A stretch of DNA of 63,074 nucleotides, the filler included, from Choristocarpus tenellus KU-1152 (taxonomy: Eukaryota > Protista > Phaeophyceae): the NCBI GenBank assembly GCA_964200185.2. It is 10 parts of 10 records of this genome, joined end to end, with 100 filler letters (N's around TTAATTAATTAA, not from the genome) between each part and the next. Parts side by side here need not be neighbours in the genome. Positions count along the whole stretch, not along the records: positions 19,824 to 30,508 come from CAXNAD020002788.1; positions 30,609 to 43,901 come from CAXNAD020001536.1; 8 more parts are not named here. One strand, written 5' to 3'. Below, piece by piece: positions 21,599-36,400 of this stretch (positions are counted from its first letter, which is position 1; each line of letters begins with the position of its first letter). The position numbers were made by a program, and so were the translations under genes. A model generated the notes under the pieces. That model ran no database searches. It was not told the DNA's origin and saw only the letters and a program-made list of their open reading frames with translations.

Positions 21599-24500
21599 CA
21601 ATTCTCCAGCAGCACAGCACATGCGCACAGCAGCCCCAAGGATAGAGCCAGTTAAATGCATCCCATACACTTCCTGCAAATCCCCAAGAAGTTGGACTCC
21701 TTGTTGACACTCCCCACTGTCTTCACATGCCTTAATGACACAGGTAACAGTGTCACTTCTAGGATGTAGACCAGCTTGTCGCATCTCCTCCAATAGGTCC
21801 ATAGACTTGCTTAAGTTGACAGCCTTTTGTGGAAAGGGCAGAGTAGTGTAGTGAACCAGTAGTGAACCAGTAGTGAACCAGTAGTGAATCAGTAGTGAAC
21901 GATTAGTGAACCAGTAGTGAACCAGTCATGTAAATAAAGTATTGTAAAGCACTAGTATTCAGTAAGCAAAAGTAGAGGTGCACTACAGATAATAGTCAAG
22001 TGTCAAGTCAAGTGTAGGTCTTCAAATGTGGAACGTACTGAAGTTTAAGTACTAAAGTTTAAGTACTAAAGTTTAAGTACTAAACATTATTAATCCAATT
22101 ATTGATGATAGTATTACCTATTACCATATAACTTGTGCTGTACAGCATGGTAGGGGAAATATCTGTCAACAGTAAACCAGGTACCACAGGTGGCAGTGTT
22201 TGTGACTGGTGATAGCAAAACCAATGAGGAAACAACACAGTCATGTTATCAATAGTAATGGTATATAGTCAGGGTGAATATTACTATATTACTGTATTAC
22301 TGTATTGCTATATTACTATAGGGAGTGTGGTCTACAACTCAAGCAGAAAAAAAATGTTTAAAAATCACATTAAAAGATCAAGTGAACTTCTTGCACACAC
22401 CCTCAAATTAACCCCCAATTGGCATTATGTTTTTGTATTCACTCTCAACTGCCCCAACTCACATCACCACATCACCACATCACCTTAGTACTGCACCATC
22501 CACAATGAAAAATGATAAATAAATTGCTATGTGTTTCCTTGCTCTCAATGATTTGAGTGGTGTATCCAGCTTGTACAGCAATGTTTGAACAAACTATAAC
22601 CCTTTCAATCCTTTCAAGTCTTAGTGCATTGTATTCACCATGCACCACACTGAAGGCACAAATCCGCTCAAAATCCACCCCCTCACACCCACCAGTCCCA
22701 TCCCTTGCAATCTTCACCTTACTGGACACCTCCACAGCAGTGTTTAACATGAACGTGGCAGGCTTGACACCAGATTTTCTCAACTTATCCAAGATAGACA
22801 TGGCCTTTCCTGGTTCACCTCCCTCTCCTGCAGCCCAAATCAAGGTAGAGAAGAAGCGGTCGTTTGGAATAACTCCATCCTCTCCCATTTCCTAAAGTAA
22901 CAGTCATCAATAAACAGTCATCAATAAACAGTCATCAATTACTACAGTCATCAATAGCTAAACATCAAGCACAAAAAGTTGTCATCATGATGCTACAAAA
23001 GTAGTATTATACTCCAAGTATACCAAGAGGGAATCACAACCCGATTAACAATACATTATTAGCAGTACTACTAGTATGTTCACAGCACTAGATGAGGTTC
23101 TACTAATAATAGATACTCTTGTTGAAGTCTAACCTTTAGCAGGTCCACAGCCCTCTCCCACTGACCAGCATGACCACATGCCTTTGCAGCAGCAGTAAAC
23201 GTCTCCACCTCAGGGCGAGGGCCCTTATCCCTAGCTTCTGCAATAACCTTGAGAGCAACCTGCCACTGCCCTGCCCTGCCACACCTGTCAACATGGAAAA
23301 AGAAGTTAATCTGTGTCAAGAACAAAATCTACACCATACACAAGTAATACCACAATTAATACCACAAAGCAGACAGGAAATAATAGACATCATAGACCAG
23401 ACCAAAAGATAACTAGGAAAACCATGTGGAAAGAGGGTCTCTACTCCACCAAAACTCCTCCAGTGGCACTTGCGGTGGTCAAGATCAACATGCTAGAGAT
23501 ACAGTAGTAGTTGGGTAGGATTAGGGTTAGGGTGTCTCTTGGTCAACATCTCCTGCCATTCCCTATCACAGTCCACACCCCTACCCTTAATACCACCCCT
23601 TGCTCTCCACCCCAGCCTTCTGTATGTCACTGCCCTTGATTTGATTGATTTGATTCCTGGAAAGCCCCTTCCTCTCCATGGCAATGTACAAAAGGAATGA
23701 GTTGAGACATATATAGTGTTTCATTCAATTCATTGGAAAAATAAACTAAAGCCTTCCCCCCCAATCATGCACACTACAGGGTTTGATAACAACCAGTATT
23801 TCCATGACTATGCATCAAGAAAGTCCAACACAATCCTCTTGAATCTAATATGTACAGTGCAGGTGCTATTTGTATTCCTGTCATGAATAATATTACCTAG
23901 TTCTAGTAAACAAGAAGGAAACATTAATTCCAATCATCATTACCATGGCCTGTTCAAAAATGCAATGTATCTACAGCACTGTTGTGTAAAGAAGATCCTT
24001 CTAAATGTATCTATGCAGATATGTACATTGTGCTTGAAACTATATTGTCTTTGTGAGGTGATGACCTTTGAATGACCAAAGTTGTGATAAGATTGTCTTT
24101 GTGAAGAGTACAGCCTTATGAAGATCATCAACATTCTACAAGACTGAAGAGTTGGCAGAGTCCCCTTCATCTTGGGAGGATATCCTCAAGGACCATCAAG
24201 GCACCTCACAACATTCCCCTTACTAAGTTACTAACAACAGCTTGCTGCCAAGGCTAAGCCCAAAGGTAAGGACACAACTATATGAGGTTTTATAGGTATG
24301 AATTGACCATTGCTACCGATATCACACAGGAGTTTAGATTGGAGAGGTATGACTCACGCCTCAATTACAGCTTTGATGGTAACCAATAGTGGCTGGTACC
24401 CATCCAATCGCATGACCTCCACCAAAGACAGGGCATGTTTCCACTCCCCAGCCTGTATGTCAAAAGTGTCAGAGAGAACAAACAGCAAACTATCACTTCC

Positions 24501-27500
24501 AAGTTCGAAAATTCAACCTTAAGTGAACAAGTTTGATCAGAAAATTATCAATACTGTAACATATAGTTGATAACCTCTATATTACAATACTCCACAAAAT
24601 AACTACCTGAAGTCTTCAAATAACAAAAGGTGGACATACAGTCCACTTCAGATTAAAAAATACAGAGCAATTATGCAAGCAAATGGAGATGTGGTTGCAC
24701 CCAAATCTTAACCATGACCCTAACCTAAACCTAAACCTAAACCTAAACCTACCCTTAGTAGTGAGAGTCATGCTTGTAAGTGCTCAATACATGTTGAGAT
24801 GGAATAGGATGCTAGGTATTGGGTTCATTGGACATTCAATTCAAACACTTTCATCTCATAAGGTTCATAAGGTGGGTTTTCTGTACATGAAATGTCTACA
24901 CCACTACAAAGAGCACCCACCATTTAATTCCAATGCAAATGCAAATATTAACAATAATAACAACATAAACAATATATATGACCAATACATATATATGGTT
25001 TCATTAGCTTTTCCCCTGACACATCTGCAAAATGTCAGAGGGCATAATAATATATACCAAAAATATAAACATATACTTAGACCACACCGCCATAATCAAC
25101 CCTAACCCTAGCCCAAGTACTCCCTTCACACCATACAAAAGCAACACACGCAACAGCCCACCTAGGTACACACCAGATTTGACAGAAGCTGTAATGAATG
25201 TCTTAAGGGAGTGCACAGTACAACATCTTGTGGAACCTGTCAAGGTGGTATATCATATGGTAGATAAACATTGAAGAGTACCTCAACCCTACCCCTGAAA
25301 CTGTCTCCTACATCGCACAGTTTTATATTTAAAAAATAATAATATGGTCCACAAACAGGAAAAAAAGAACATACATCAACATATATCAACATAAATCAAC
25401 CATCAACCACAACCTGCCTACACTCTTGAAGCTCCAACTCCTTGCTCACTCTGCCAGCCTCCAACAAGACATGCAGCTACTAGCAACAGGGTGTCCTTCT
25501 TTGTGTGGAGACCAGGTGAACTTGAGGGGGTTACATTAGGTGAATAAATTTCTCACACTTCCTTCTCTTCTTGAGCATGATGCTGCCACTCCTCCACTCA
25601 GCTACATCAAACGTAGAAAGTGGTGTAAGGGTGAACACCTTCATGCACCAAATACAATGTACCAATACAGATGTATCAATACAATGTACAAATAACTCAA
25701 CAGTAAAGTATTAAGATAGCTAGTAGTAAGATAAGAGTACATGCTAACACAGTATAATGAAAACTATTTCTCAACACCACAATTGCCTCCATAGTTATAA
25801 CCCTCCTAACAAAACAGCTCAAGTGGCTGTTATAAGACCAAAATTCACGGGTGAAACTCATGCAACTGCAGAATGGTACAATGAAAGCTGCAGTGCACCA
25901 CTTGCAAAGGTAATGAATCACACCATACCTCACTCTACCAAGAAAAATGAGAGTTACCTTGGCACAGGCATCCACTACCGCTCTGAAGACAACCTCATTG
26001 GGAGACACATTATCTACCCGCATATCATTCAGCAGTTGCAGTGCTCGTTGCCATTGTACCCCCCACCCCAGTGCACTCATCTGAAGGAGGACAAGAAAAA
26101 TAGCAGGTCCTGCAGATTATTAACTTTTGCATCAGATTATTAACTTTTGCATCAGATTACTAACTTTTGTATCAGACTAATAACTTTTGTATTGTGTTAC
26201 CACATGCTAACAAAAATATATTACTCAAGCTAGAGGCAATTCTAAAATTCGAGCTTATAAGCACTTTATCACAAACCTTTCTGGAAAAAAAATAAAAATT
26301 ACTAATTATACCAAAAATTAAGATTAATTTATTCCATCCATGATATCACTCTGTGAGTCTTTATCATGAAGTTTTGGGCAGGAGTGATTGAGAACCTTGA
26401 TAACCTCTCACCAAATACCAAATGATAAGGGATAATAAAGTACTGAGGGTTTTTCAATGTGTGCAGGAAACAAATGATGTCAGGTGGACTGAGTAGTCTG
26501 TTTATGAGGCTTACAAAGAGAATGATGTGTACTGAGTAGTCTGTTTATGAGGCTTACAAAGAGAATGATGTGTACTGAGGAGATGGAAGCTGAAAACTGA
26601 GAAAACAATCCCGCTGCTAGAAAAAGTTTTTCTAGAGGAAATGCCCCACTTTGAAGGCATCAAGTGGGAATGATGATCATCAGGTGAATACTGATCTCCC
26701 CTTGAACACAAACTAAATCAATGAGAAAAAGAGATGAGCTTGTCAAAGAGTTTCTTGAAGCTTATTTAAAGGTGTGCATGACGGCAAGGGGTACCTTGTT
26801 GCACCATTACTCTTTGATCACTGTACAATGTTTGATGGTTGCTCTACGTGTACAGTGTATAGTGTACAGTGTATTGTGTATAGTGTATAGTGTACAGTGC
26901 ACAGTGTATTGTGTATTGTGTATTGTGTACAGTGTATAGTGTATAGTGTATAGTGTACAGTGTATAGTGTATAGTGTATTGTGTATAGTGCACAGTGTAT
27001 AGTGTACAATGTACAATGTACAATGTACAGTGTATTGTCTGTCTTGCTTTATTCTTCTTTTAATTGATAGGATGGACATCCTCATAGGAAAATTATTGCA
27101 TGTGGCTGAGTGTGAGTAGAGTGAAAATGGAGGGTTAGGGATGATCAAGTAATAGAACATCTCTGTACCAAGAGGGATCAGACATTGAGTGGAGACTAAA
27201 TCATATTGTATAGCAAATACAAACTATCTCCTTCACTGTAAACTGTCAGGAGTAATCAGATTCAACTTGTTCCTGTACATAACATGTGTCCCCTTGTCAA
27301 TAGAGGCATGCAATGGTCAAAAATAGATCCAATACACACACACTAACACACACTACTCTACAAAAAAAGTCTTCCCTGACCATCACTTACCATCAAATTG
27401 GACAAGCTACACACAATATAGCACAGTACACATGATTGCACAAAGTAAAACTAGAATAACACACTCACCGCAGCCCCATAACTGTACTTGTCTGGCTTGA

Positions 27501-27600
27501 GTCCCATCTCTCTCATCTGTGTAAGCAGGTCCAAAGCCACCTCCCACTGTCCTCCCCTTGAACAGGCGTTGATGACCGAATTAAATGATATCTCATTGGG
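21599..27600 (-). CDS. Pentatricopeptide repeat (PPR) protein, internal exons 27600-27469, 26080-25958, 24452-24358, 23284-23134, 22891-22718, 21823-21599
   Basis: Six AG/GT exons join in frame into tandem 35-aa motifs, e.g. PNEISFNSVINACSRGGQWEVALDLLTQMREMGLKPD and PEVETFTAAAKACGHAGQWERAVDLLKEM. Start and stop were not located. Confidence 0.92.
21845..21926. repeat. Intronic 11-bp tandem repeat (AGTAGTGAACC)n
   Basis: About 7 copies visible. Other short tandem arrays lie at 19824-19860, 22040-22085, 22898-22955, 26113-26190 and 26487-26578. Confidence 0.85.
26848..27035. repeat. Heptamer satellite (TGTAYAG/TGTATTG)n
   Basis: Directly visible, in a PPR intron. Confidence 0.9.
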
Positions 27601-28564
27601 CTATCCTCACAGTTTTGAAAACAGAAGAGGGTATAGTGTACAGTGTACAGGGAGGAAGGGAAGGGTTGTGACTTGGGTCTTGAGGGAACTGTATGATGTG
27701 AACTGTATGATGTGTTGGTATTGGTAGCGTCTGTGTATGTGGAGGTTATAGGTGTTAGGTGTATGTGGTAATGAAATAATGAAGTAGAGCATGCAACATG
27801 GGCAATGTTCACAGGTCTAACGAAAAAGGAGACTAACCTTCAAAGGCGTTTGATTGTTAGTTATGATTGTTAGTTACGGATGTTTCTTTCTGGTAAAAGA
27901 TCAATATGTACCACAATGAATTGGCAAGAGTCTTCTCTAACCAGACAACGTGCTGCATGCATACTATGTTATTTATTCATGATTGGAATGTTCATCAGTC
28001 TCCCTATCTGTCCACTATTCACATTCATTGAAAATATACGATAGACAGGGGTATCTAGGGATATATAGGGATATATAGGTATATATAGCAGACATGGTAC
28101 ACACCCTCATACCTAATACCCTCTCAGAATGACAGCCAACACAAGCATTTAAATAAATACATAAAACACTTCAATTGCAAAAATAGTATCAACAGTTCCA
28201 TAGATATACATTTGGATATACATTTGGTTATACATTTCCAGACCTGACATGGACCCTATTTATAGGTTGACAGGGTAAGACACCCAGTGGTGTCATTGAT
28301 GATTTGTTCCAAAAAAATTAAACGGTACCACAAAGATTGTGACTGCATTAAAAAATATTTTAAAACATGATTTCAAACTAAAGTCCCCCTCTGTGACAAT
28401 GCCCAACAGACCAACAACAAATAGCTCAGAGGAAGCATTGCCTCCTATTTGTTACCATATCTAAAACACCATTTTAGCAGCAACACTGCTGGTGTACATT
28501 CCTTAGTCCCCACACAAAACCCAAGCAGTCAACATCAAAGCCCCTTCCTGTTGGAACTCTTGAC

Positions 28565-28567
<3 letters not shown>

Positions 28568-28621
<54 letters not shown>

Positions 28622-28622
28622 T
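28568..28622. repeat. Compound (AT)n(AG)n microsatellite
   Basis: Directly visible. Confidence 0.95.
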
Positions 28623-30184
28623 CTGAGCAGAGGTACCAACATGAGGCCCTTCACCCCATCAACATGACACAAACAACACATTACCAAAACATATCCAGTT
28701 TGCATCCCCTCAACATGCAAACTAGAACTATCACAAACAATAACAGTGCCACCAACACTGGCATCCATTATATGATCTGAATAGGTGAATAGGAGAATAT
28801 ATGAATACATAAATATATTTTTATTTTTGAGAGGAAAGAATCACTCGCATATGGGAGGACAATCAACTGCTTTACAATACTGGGTTAAATATACCAAAAA
28901 AAAATAATTAAAAGTGCATTAATAGTATGAAGGGGTGTATTTATTGTTTTGAGGGGGGAATATTCCCACAACAGACACCTGATGCATAATAGGCAAGGGG
29001 CAAAGGTGGGGTGTTGCAGGGTACCACATGATCTCATCTTATCTTATCACATCACATTACATTACCATATCAAATTAATACTATCAATATTGTTAACATC
29101 ACTAATAGGTGCACCATCGAGACCAAAAGTAAATAACCCTAACCCTAATTGTTTAACCAAGTAAAACCAGAAACAACTCTGTGGAGTCAATCCAACCATG
29201 ATAGCATTCAACCATACCAACCATAGGTAGTACTAGGTACCAATTATTACCGATCATACCTGGTGTTAAAATTAATATAATTTAATATAATTTAATACTT
29301 TAGTATCATACACCATCATAGTACCACATAGAATCACATAGAATCACTGAATCACTGTGCAATAAGAACCTCCATCAAGCTCATTTATTATCCACCTGTT
29401 AAACTTGTTCTGGGGCTTTATCTTGACATTTATATGTATAAAATATTAGCAACGTGATCACATTACACTCAACACACTCAACACACCAGCAGTAACCCTT
29501 ACCGGTTATAACCCTAAACCTTGCAACATGTGATATATTTTAACCAAAATTACCCCACCACTGATTCTCAAGGTAAAGCATAACCTCAAAAATATCATAC
29601 AACACAATCAGAGCTGACTGAATCATTTCAACACCCTTTCTTCCCATTTGCATCCCAATTATACATATCTTGTGATTGCACTCATCCCCACATCATATAC
29701 CACTGTAGTCACACCCAACCTGTACCTGCAAGTGAGTCTTGATACCAATAAAATGTACAATCAACACACAAAATCAATGGAATGGATTCCCAAAACAAGG
29801 GATGTCACCTTCAGAGAGTGTAAACCAAGAAGATTTGTGATTAAAATAATAATAAAATAATTGGTTCACCTCTCTCTCACCAGTTTAGCATGGTTAATGC
29901 CAATTACTTGTTTGCTTGTATGGGGATTCTTTTCACTGACTGGTGAGGGGCCCTGCCAATGCCAAAAACGTTTCGAGGCCAACTCCAATTTTACTTCACT
30001 TTCCTTACAAAAACTGGACTACATTGGTATATTTGTTACCAACAAAACTGATGATGAGTGTTTTCAGCAATAAATGCAAAATACCCCATACTATGTAACA
30101 GGATGTGTGTATGATATATGATACATGATATATGATGTATCACCTGTCTCTCCTTGCAGCTGCTTAAAGTACGCATTCATCACC

Positions 30185-30508
30185 GTAGTAGTAATACTAA
30201 TACTAATAGTAATAGTAGTAGTAGTAGTAATAGTAATAGTAATAGTAATAGTAATAGTAATAGTAATAGTAGTAGTAGTAGTAATAGTAATAGTAATAGT
30301 AGTAGTAGTAGTAGTAGTAATAGTAATAGTAATAGTAGTAGTAATAGTAATAGTAGTAGTAGTAGTAATAGTAATAGTAGTAATAGTAGTAGTAGTAGTA
30401 ATAGTAGTAGTAATAGTAATAGTAGTAGTAGTAGTAATAGTAATAGTAATAGTAGTAGTAATAGTAATAGTAGTAGTAGTAGTAATAGTAATAGTAGTAA
30501 TAGTAGTA
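30185..30508. repeat. (TAG/TAA)n trinucleotide satellite at contig end
   Basis: Directly visible; it produces the spurious poly-V/I and poly-S/N ORFs. Confidence 0.97.
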
Positions 30509-31418
30509 NNNNNNNNNNNNNNNNNNNNNNNNNNNNNNNNNNNNNNNNNNNNTTAATTAATTAANNNNNNNNNNNNNNNNNNNNNNNNNNNNNNNNNNNN
30601 NNNNNNNNCACCGATGGTGTCTATAGTGTATCAGCAGCACTATCTACGAACAATTGATTCTTGAGGCATGCGGGACATGCTTTTGAAACCTTCCAGGTCA
30701 CCACCACCCACACTCAAATAATATAAGCAAAGGATACTTTGTGTGTTGAATCGCTAAAAGAAAAGTGTTCGACTGATTTTCAGCAACAATGTTTCTTGTA
30801 CTGCCAACAATATTGGTGTTCATTACTCCTAGTGTTGACACAGAAAGACTTAAAGAGGGCTCAAGTGGAAGGAGCTCCTGGTCATGCTTTTTATGTATCT
30901 CAACCACCTTACCAAAAACTCTGTGGGATTCCGGAGGAGCATGTAGGCGTTCAGAGGCAGGTCAGTGTAAACATTGTAGGAATCCCAGAGGTGGAGCACG
31001 AAGCACACACAACAGGATGCGGCAGAGATTACTCCCAAGACAGAGCCTGTGCAAGTTAACCTTTAGACTGCCATCAGTTGTGTAAGTATTAAGACTTAGA
31101 TCAAGATAGAGTTTAGAAAGGGAGGAGATGGGAGCCTTACATGGCCCCCTAAATGTAAATGCAACCCTCCGAGAGATGATACAGATTATTGTAGAAAAAA
31201 GAGGAGTGACCTTGCTTGGAACACCTACGTTCGCTTGTCTTCGATACTATATATAGTACAGTTACTAGAAGTAATACGTATCCCCTTAATTATTCCTTGT
31301 CATTTACTGAGTATGCGCTACTGTCTCTCACAACAATCACACCCAACATGTCAATTGTCCATCAGATCAGACAAATTAGTTCCCTTCCAACAAGCATAAT
31401 CATACATTAAAGATCCAT

Positions 31419-31700
31419 CTATATGAGGTAAATATGGTCGAACTTTTTCGGTTTATTGTCGATCATTCCACATGTGCAATCTCTTCCTTGCATTTGATGT
31501 ATGTGCTGAAGTGAACTATGGGCACACTCACCAAGGAGAGGGGCACCTTTTTCAAGTCCCATTTTGCACAAGTGCCCAGACCACACCCACACATTATTTA
31601 CATTGAGGACGAATTTCACAATGAATGGAAGAAATAGAAGGGGTTCACAAGAACTTGCTTCCTTGCAATTTGTGAGGGGAGTGGTGAAGTAGGTAGCCGG
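31419..31700 (-). mobile_element. Degenerate Ty3/gypsy-type RNase H remnant
   Basis: Fragments such as KFVLNV..CGYGLG..., ...KKF..YL resemble F-L-TDASxxGLG...KKFRxYL. The sequence is heavily disrupted. Confidence 0.35.
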
Positions 31701-31957
31701 AACATGTGGAAGTATGTTGCATCCAAATGTGGGGCAAAGTTAGTAATTCTTCAGAAAGGACCTTGAAATAACCGTAAACTTGCTCAAGAGGCGGAAATAA
31801 AGGACTTCAAACTTCCCCTACTCAGCCAAACTTTCCTATCACATTCTGGTTATTTCTGCTGTACAGATTTTTATGGGTTTTCAAACAGCTGGGAAATCTT
31901 CAACCCTCAACAAAACCAGAATAGGGTTAGGGCTACAAAAAGAAAAAAGGTACTAGT

Positions 31958-32200
31958 AAGCCAAAATATCTTAGAGGGTAGAGTCACATCCATTTGAGGG
32001 CCAAAATCCAATGTTGCAATTTTTGGCTATGGTGTTTGTTAGGAAGAGTCAATATCCTTGTTCCAGACACACCTTTTCATAACGTATACATTTTACCTAC
32101 TCCAAAATGTAGTAGGAAAATGTCGTAAAAATGCTGAGTTAAGCCAAGGCCCAAATGGACAAACAGGGAAAAACTCGTACCCTCTAGGATACTTTCACTT
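31958..32200 (+). mobile_element. MITE family 1 copy, TSD AGT
   Basis: AAGCCAAAATATCTTAGAGGGTA...GATACTTTCACTT with AGT on both sides. Confidence 0.9.
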
Positions 32201-33405
32201 AGTATTTTGAAAACCTCATCTGCAAAACACTTGCAAAAACCTCTCAAATTCCACACAAGACATTTATAGTGTGCCTGGTAGTGGGGAATAACATTCAAGT
32301 ATCTACAACAAAATCTCACTTTCTTGAGTATGACACCTCACCTATCCAATTGCCACTTCACTTACAAATGTTACCAGCAGAAGGGTTTCTAGGTCACTGT
32401 TACTTTTGATTTGAACGTCACAGTTGATGAATACAATCTTGTAGAATACATTGTGGACTATGGAACAAGAATCAAGTCAGCAGAAAGAAACATGAGGGAG
32501 TAAAGGACTGTGTGGCATGCATCAGGAGCGACACTCACTACAACCATCTTTAACATAACACATACTTCCAGCTCTTGGCGCATCTGAACACAATCCTTTC
32601 AAAATATTTTGTTTTGGCTCACATTCTTGTACATTGTTCAAATCTTTTACTGTACAGAAAAAAAGGCTCATCATTGCAACATGTCCATCAATATGTTGTG
32701 TGAAATATTGTTAAATGTATCATCATTTGCATCACATGTATCTGATCACTGTACAGGCAGCCACTTTACAACTCCATGCCACTCACCATCCAGCAATACT
32801 CATGACCCTTCAATAACTCCTTCATGTACATATGCTGGTGTTAAACCAACGGAAACCAAAGTATATATATAATGTTTATACTCACCACATAATTGAGTAT
32901 ATCTCTTCCCCTTCTGTTACCAATCCAACCCAACATGAAATACCTTGAAAACCTATGCTCATGGCAGACTCCCTCCCCCACCAAAGTTCCCCAAGCACTC
33001 AACACCTTCCACCTAATCCCACATGGACAAAAACAAAATATATACATAAGAGTCAATTGTAGAACACTAGAGGGAAAACGTATGGGGGACAGTGCCACAC
33101 TGCTTACTCTCAGTTTGCCAAGAGAGAGGTATAAATAGCTCTGCCATGACTACAATATCTTACCCATACCTGGACCATCACAGGGGTCCATAAACAGCAG
33201 ATACAACCTCATCTCAACCTCTCTACAGCTAAGCATGCTATTGCAAAGCCATTTCCACAATGGTAGCAAGAGCAATGCTTAGCGGTACCCTCACCCCCTA
33301 CCCTCCCTCCCCACTCCAATCAAGGACTGTAGTCAAGAAATCAAAGAGGTTGAGCACACGCAGAAATTGCTATCGCAGCACAGCCTAGCCTGGATAATTG
33401 TATCT

Positions 33406-36400
33406 TCATTTGAGGATGGGGTATGAAGGAGACAAGAGGATTCCGCACTGTCCACCATCTTGCTGCACTCCCTTTTCAAGCAGGATGTACCCATGCATGC
33501 CCCAGTCTGCACCCCAGGAGTTCTTCACCTGTTAGAGAGAGTAAAGATCAACATACATCCAGAATTTAACAAGTGATGAGAGGTACATTGACTCATCTAC
33601 CTTGTAATTTGCAGTCACTGAATAATGGTTGAACAGGTGCAGTCCCTCTCACACTAGATAAAGATATAAAAGAGGAAAGTCGCTTGATGTAAGGCAACAT
33701 TATCAACATAGTTTAGAACAAGCAAAATTTTTTGATAACATAAAAAAGACAGGTATTGAAAAGAAAAAGATCATTTTCCACAAGATTAAAAAAAAAGATC
33801 AACAGTAACCAAACAAAAAAGGCGAGACCTATTGCACTCATCTACATTGGAGAGATAAATGATGTAAACTGCAAGAATAAAGATTGAAGACTCACATATT
33901 ACCACTGGCATCAGTTCACACATGCACTTACAGGCATCACACCATTATAATATTTTTGTGTGATTATAAATCAATGCAGAAACAAGGCAAATCGAAACAG
34001 TCTATCATCAGCACTCAACATTTCGCATTCATGGAACTCCACTCTCGCCTGCAAAGTCTGAAGTACTTAGTAAATTGTGCAATTTACACAGATTTCGATT
34101 AGAGGCTGTGACTGACCTTCCAATACTTGGTTCCATCCTCTGAGGTACCGTATCCAGTAAGAAGAACACCATGGTCCAGGTTAGTGCCACATTTACCCTT
34201 CATCACACCACCAGAGTAGAGCTGGAAGCTCATCTATACGATGGCAAGGCGGACAAGGGGGGAGGTGAGTCAGAAAGTTAAAAGTAACATCTTGCACGGT
34301 GATTAAGATAGGCCGCAGTATGATACCATGTATCAAACATAAAAAAGAGGTGTCTGACCACATAGAACAAAGGCAAGAGACTCTAGATATCAGGTTACAT
34401 CTCACCTGGTCAGCTTCGATGGCAATGGACACTGGCTGCTTGGCAACAGCCTCCATTAGTGCCTATGTAGCAAGTAAGCCAAACGATCGGAAAGGGAGAT
34501 GTGACGCAGAGCATGTGAATAGCAGGTATATTGAAATTTAGTCAATTGCAGTTACTCTTTGAAGTAGTAAGCTTTAGAAACGTCAGAGTTAATCTGTAGG
34601 TGTGGTAGTGTGTGGAAAAGTGGGCAACTGTAAAACACCCCTATCGCTTCCTACTCAATTTGCAGAGTTTATCCTTTTGTTGCTCTTTACTTATTAAGGT
34701 AGGAGGATTTGAAATTACAGGATTGACAAGCAGAAAAACAAAGTGAATAATGTGCTACACTGTATTTTGTTTGACCCATCAATAGCATTCAACCAACCTG
34801 TCCAAGAAAGCTCAGCAGTACAACAGTTACTCCTTACTCTAAAAAATCTCATTCTACACAACCCTACACCAGATGAAATCTAATTGACATCCCAGCTGCA
34901 TGAGCCAAGAGAGGTGCTTTCGATACTATTTCCTCACCTCTTCTGTAGGTTCGACATCAACCCATCCAGCCACCTTGGTGTCAGGAACATTTGTACAGGT
35001 GAACTTCTTGCAGATGCCACCAGTAGCTGTATACGGATACGCCTAACAGGAGGGGAAAACCAAACCAGGACAATAGTAAAAAAACAAAGACATGAAACAT
35101 CTTGAGTGCCTGAAATAGGCTGCGAAACAGGAAAAAGGAGACGGTCAAAAGTTCCTGTACCATTTCCCTCCTCAGCAAAGAAAAAATGCTTCTGGGGTTA
35201 TTTGAAAGGTCATGATCACTTCTGGATTGGTGCACAAGGATACACAAATACCTCCGAACACTTCCAATACATTGTACCAGTATGCTTCATCCTACCTCCT
35301 CACTGCAGATACCACCGTTCTCCTGAATCCAGTGGAAGGAGTAGTCCATAAGACCACCGTTGCAACCTTCATCAAATGAATCACAGTCCACAAGCTCCTT
35401 CATCACCACAGTTGTTACAGGTATTGTTAAAATGGGTCAGAGAATATTGTATTCAAGTCAAAACCATGTAAGCTCCTTTGAGGTGGGGAGGACAGCAGAG
35501 CAAAGTACATTGGAGATGTAACAAAGCACAATGGACAAAAACATGGTGCATCACCTAGACATGGTGGAGGACACATCACAGAAACACAATCGTGAGCTGT
35601 TTGGTCAGATATGATGGGTAATACACTAACCTGTTCACTGAAAACAGCCAGCTCGCCCGTCTTGATGAAGTGGGCACCCTCCATTGATCCAGTTGTTGAG
35701 AAGGACCAGCAGCTGCCGCATGAACCCTGATTCTTAACTGGTGTCACACCGCCCTTGCTCACCCAGTCCACCTTGCAATTTTTTTGTAAAATGTTTTGGT
35801 ACAGGGAACAGATCAAGCACAAAGATGCCAAAAGAGGTGCATAACATAACGTAGTGGTTTAGTCAAGAATATGCAGTGACTAACCAAGAACTCATTGAAA
35901 GAAAATGTTGAATTGTGTTGATCCTTCCTGCACTTACTTAACTATCTCATGCCACAGCTTGACATTGACCTATACGTTCCAGAGTTAGTGGGCTACACAC
36001 ACAGCCCCAAGCAAGCCACTAGATTCAGGAAAAAATTCCATTAACTCATCTTCATCAAACATTACCAGATCTGTCGAAAGACTGGCATTACATGGTCCAA
36101 TTGACAATGCCTACAATAATACCATGTCCCTGCTTGACAAAGCGCTCTGTAGACTCCATGGCATACAGGACTGCATTCGAGTAATACATGAACTTACCTC
36201 TTCCGGGAGGGCCTTGCCCCTCAACCTCTTCTCCTGAACAGCCTGTTCGTTGTCATGGAACTCAGGGTAGCTGTCGTGGGGAACAGCAGCCCTGTTGAGC
36301 ATCATTGACTTCCCAATGGAAAAGTGGTCACGGAACTCCTCCCATGTCCTTCCAGATACAGTTGAGACCAGAAAGTTAGATATTAAAGGATGGTACTCAT

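Noticed and set aside
26721-27160. YTIH/CIVYS-repeat ORFs
   Set aside because: These are translations of an intronic heptamer satellite.
30125-30564. Poly-Val/Ile and poly-Ser/Asn ORFs
   Set aside because: These are translations of a (TAG/TAA)n microsatellite running into Ns.
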